Assembly: GCA_043821645.1 (NCBI GenBank)
Contig: JBDRCO010000087.1
Location: forward strand, 224,001 to 288,000
Direction of reading: 5' to 3'
DNA length: 64,000 nt
Source of the DNA: Pseudomonadota bacterium
GTDB lineage: Bacteria; Myxococcota; JACRCW01; JAFGSX01
Part shown: one piece after another, positions 61,109 to 64,000 of the stretch
Layout of the letters: every line of letters starts with the position of its first letter
Numbering within the stretch: the stretch's first letter is position 1
Program-made: the position numbers and the translations under genes
Notes under the pieces: model-generated
The model's input: only the letters and a program-made list of their open reading frames with translations
The model's database searches: none
What the model was told of the DNA's origin: nothing

Positions 61109-62773
61109 GTGGTGACGGCACAGCGATCACGAGCCCTGGAACTGGCGGCGGTGGGCCTGGGGCAGGCCGGTGGCAACCTGGCGTCGGAGTTCTGGCGCCT
61201 GGGCTACCGCGCTGTGGCCCTCAACACCGCGCGGGTGGACCTGCGCTCCCTGGACCAGGCCGAGAGCACGATCCCGTCGACCCAGCGCCTGTACATCGGC
61301 CTCGACGATCTGGACGGTGCGGGTAAGGATCCGGCATACGGTCGAGCCTGCGTCGAGGAGCATGCCGACGCCATCCGCGAGCTGGTCAAGCGCGAGCTGG
61401 ATAACTGCGACGCGGTCTTCCTGTGCGCCGGCCTGGGCGGAGGCACAGGGTCCTGCCTCGCCGAGCTGTGCCAGGTGCTGGCGCCCCTGGAGTTCCCCCT
61501 GGCGGCCCTGTGTACCCTGCCCAGCCAGGCCGAGAGTGGCATCGTCAAGGTCAACGCGGTGCGCGCGGCGAGCAGCCTGGTCGAGCTGCCCCTGCTGGCG
61601 CGGATCGTCGTCGACAACCAGCGCATCGTCGAGGCCCATGGTGAACTCGACCTGATGAACTACTATCCGCAGATCAACCGCGACATCGTGGCGCCGCTGC
61701 ACGAGCTCAACCAGCTCAACAGCATCGAGGATCTGCACAGCCTGCGTTCCTTTGACGGCGAGGACCTGCGCAAGGTGCTGCTGTCCGGCGGCGTGGTGGT
61801 CGTGGGCAGCGAGATACTGGACATGAGCGGCCCGCCCATCACCGCCCAGGAGATGGAGCGCAGCGTGCGTCGGCTCCTCGACGGTGGCACCCTGCTGGCC
61901 GTGGGCCTGCCCCTGGACAAGGTGGCTTACCTGGGTGTGGTGCTGCTGGCGCCCGAGCGCTTTCTCAAGCAGACCCCGGCCCGGGACCTCGAGGAACTCA
62001 GCGAGCAGCTCAAGCAGCAGACCGGCGGCGGCGCCGTGTACCCCGGCCTGTACGTGTCCGAGGCCGAGAAACCCGTGTTGCACCTCGTGGCGGGCAGCCT
62101 GACCCTACCCGAGCGCGTGCGCAGCCTGCTCGTGACGGCCAAGGCCGAGGGCCATCTGCTGGCCGACAAGATTCGCGAAGAGATCCCCCCTCTAGATGTG
62201 GGAGATCTATCAAAAATACAATTATATCGAGTACCTCCACCGAAGCGTCGAGGTTCAGTGCCGCCTGCCAGCGGGCCCGTGCGCTCGACTCCAGCACGTC
62301 CGGCTCGAGGTGCTGCGGCCAAGCCCAGGCTCGAGGATCTTTCTCCCGTGCTGTCGGCACGGGTGGAGTTGCCGGTCGCGGATCTGGAAGAGATCCTGGA
62401 CGCGCCACCCCACACGATGGAGTCAGCCGAGCCCGCTCCGGCGCCCCCCAAGCGCGAGGTCACCCACGTCGGGGCCGAGCCCAAGCGGCCCAGCAGCGAC
62501 GAGCCGCCCGACGACCTGCAGGCCTACTACGGTGAACTCATTGACCGTTTTCGGGGGGCCCCGGGCCGCAAGGAGCGCGAGGAGGTGGCGCGGCGATTGA
62601 TCCGCGACGCCCGCTCCGTGGATGTCGACGTGCGCGCTCACGCAGTGTGGGCCATGGTCAGCCTGGGTGGCCGTGGCTTCAAAGCAGCGCTGCAGCAGGC
62701 GGTCCAGGACGAGGACGAGGAGGTCCGCAACCTGGCCCAGGACGGTCTGCGCCGACTGGGGAACGCGAGCTGA
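61109..62773 (+). CDS. Divergent tubulin/FtsZ-family GTPase with Pro-rich linker and C-terminal HEAT repeats
   Basis: GLGQAGGN, ALNT..DL, GAGKDP..G, AGLGGGTGS, LP..E, VDN, FDGEDL; tail VRAHAVWAM..LG / DEDEEVRNLAQDGL; start GTG 61109 or 61112. Confidence 0.88.
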   Translation: MVTAQRSRALELAAVGLGQAGGNLASEFWRLGYRAVALNTARVDLRSLDQAESTIPSTQRLYIGLDDLDGAGKDPAYGRACVEEHADAIRELVKRELDNCDAVFLCAGLGGGTGSCLAELCQVLAPLEFPLAALCTLPSQAESGIVKVNAVRAASSLVELPLLARIVVDNQRIVEAHGELDLMNYYPQINRDIVAPLHELNQLNSIEDLHSLRSFDGEDLRKVLLSGGVVVVGSEILDMSGPPITAQEMERSVRRLLDGGTLLAVGLPLDKVAYLGVVLLAPERFLKQTPARDLEELSEQLKQQTGGGAVYPGLYVSEAEKPVLHLVAGSLTLPERVRSLLVTAKAEGHLLADKIREEIPPLDVGDLSKIQLYRVPPPKRRGSVPPASGPVRSTPARPARGAAAKPRLEDLSPVLSARVELPVADLEEILDAPPHTMESAEPAPAPPKREVTHVGAEPKRPSSDEPPDDLQAYYGELIDRFRGAPGRKEREEVARRLIRDARSVDVDVRAHAVWAMVSLGGRGFKAALQQAVQDEDEEVRNLAQDGLRRLGNAS

Positions 62774-62971
62774 TCTTCTCAGGGCGGTCGGCCCGCCCCT
62801 GTGCTGGCCGGCACGGGTCCGGCCAGCATTCACCGTGGCAGCAACGGCGTTGCCCCCGGGTGGCAAAAAGGTCCGGTCGGCATTCACCCTGGCAGCCGAG
62901 ACCTCCACTCTCCTTGACAAAGCCGGATGCTTTTGCTGTGTTGCGCCCTTCCGCGATCCCGGGAGATGCAG

Positions 62972-63337
62972 ATGAACGTCGTCGACAAGATCACCCAGAG
63001 CCATTCCCGCACTGATCACCCGGCTTTCCGCACCGGTGATACCCTGCGCGTCCACTTCAAGATTCGCGAAGGCGACAAGGAGCGCGTGCAGGTCTTCGAG
63101 GGCGTCTGCATCGGCCGTCGTGGCCGTTCCGGCGTCGAGAGTATCACGGTCCGCAAGACCTCCTTTGGTGTGGGCGTCGAGCGCATCTTCCCCCTGGCCA
63201 GCCCCCGCATCGACAAGATCGAGGTCGCGGCTCGCGGTATCGTGTGCCGCGCCAAGCTGTACTACCTGCGCGGCCGTACCGGCAAGGCGGCCCGCATCCG
63301 CGAGCGCATCCAGGCCCGGCCCGTCAAGGGCGCCTGA
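62972..63337 (+). CDS. rplS: 50S ribosomal protein L19
   Basis: [42 protein letters not shown]. Confidence 0.97.
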   Translation: MNVVDKITQSHSRTDHPAFRTGDTLRVHFKIREGDKERVQVFEGVCIGRRGRSGVESITVRKTSFGVGVERIFPLASPRIDKIEVAARGIVCRAKLYYLRGRTGKAARIRERIQARPVKGA

Positions 63338-63423
63338 GCCCTCATCCTCCCTCGCCCTGTCCCATCCGGCCTCTCCAGAAGAAGCGCTGTGCGCAGATCT
63401 CGAGCTGTGCCTGCCGATGATCG

Positions 63424-63452
63424 TTGACACATGCGCGCCTCGGCACTAAGAC
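63424..63452 (+). promoter_or_regulatory. Possible sigma70-type promoter of gdhA
   Basis: TTGACA-N17-TAAGAC. Confidence 0.45.
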
Positions 63453-63694
63453 CCTGGACCGTCGCTGACGTCGACGAGCGCGTGCGCGCGCCTCGTCGGA
63501 GCCCAGATGGCGCTGCGTCCGACAATCGGCCCGGCTGCACCTCCCTCGCATTCGCGTCACTGTGTCCCGTGGCTGTTCGCGTCGTTCAGGGCGCCCGGCC
63601 CTGGGGGGACCACCTCAACCTGGGGCACCGGCGGTAACCACGCCGGCCCCCGCGCGGCGCGCTGACACGGTCGGTCGTCGCTCCAAGGATGCCC

Positions 63695-64000
63695 ATGTAC
63701 AACCTCGACAAGTTCATGACCGAGCTGGAGCAGCGCAACCCGTCGCAGCCCGAGTTCATCCAGGCCGCGCGCGAGGTCGTCGAGTCCATCATCGACGTGG
63801 TCAACCAGAACCCGGCCTACGTCGGCGGGCGCATCCTCGACCGCATCACCGAGCCTGACCGCGCCATCCTGTTCAAGGTGGAGTGGGAAGACGACAAGGG
63901 CGAGCTCCACGTCAACAAGGCCTACCGCGTGCAGTTCAACAACGCCCTGGGGCCCTACAAGGGCGGTTTGCGCTTTCATCCCTCGGTGACCCTGGGCGGG
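63695..64000 (+). CDS. gdhA: Glutamate dehydrogenase, NADP-type (truncated by the window end)
   Basis: MYNLDKF..RNPSQPEFIQA; RVQFNNALGPYKGGLRFHPSV. Confidence 0.93.
   Translation, partial: MYNLDKFMTELEQRNPSQPEFIQAAREVVESIIDVVNQNPAYVGGRILDRITEPDRAILFKVEWEDDKGELHVNKAYRVQFNNALGPYKGGLRFHPSVTLGG

Noticed and set aside
62200-62232. dif-like site within the AT-rich patch
   Set aside because: Left arm does not end in ATAA and the right arm TTATATCGAGT is a poor XerD match
61109-62773. Calling the tubulin-like gene ftsZ
   Set aside because: T1 loop is GQAG, T7 lacks the NxDFAD consensus, no conserved C-terminal peptide, not in a dcw cluster

Overview
GC-rich bacterial chromosomal segment, most consistent with an uncultured Myxococcota-type (former deltaproteobacterial) organism. 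The basis for this is a myxobacterial gspC-N arrangement, two CdbA/CdbB (TIGR04563)-like genes, a split atpZ-I-B-E F0 operon and Cys/Asp-Ala-rich lipoproteins. In order, the window holds: a ferredoxin; an unannotated sigma54-driven three-hairpin small RNA resembling Pxr; a REC-GGDEF diguanylate cyclase; an SSS transporter; and a complete type II secretion operon gspCDEFGHIJKLMN (gspF frameshifted, GspE with an MshEN-type motif, sigma54 promoter). Next come two CdbA/B-like genes flanking a surface lipoprotein, a TPR-2xcNMP protein, a six-gene surface-protein/DUF1848 operon, uvrA-hinT and the F0 ATP synthase genes. A fragmented, secretin-less and needle-less type III secretion system with flagellar hallmarks follows: sctJ plus a FliG-like gene in an operon with a GT39 glycosyltransferase, and sctN-O-P-Q-fliO-sctR-S-T directly followed by an MCE/beta-barrel protein and an OmpA lipoprotein. 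The end of the window has an FNR-boxed octaheme cytochrome c, the rpsP-khpA-rimM-trmD-rplS cluster interrupted by a divergent tubulin/FtsZ-family GTPase fused to a HEAT-repeat tail, and a truncated gdhA. No tRNA, rRNA, CRISPR or mobile element was seen. All calls come from reading motifs by eye; no searches were run.
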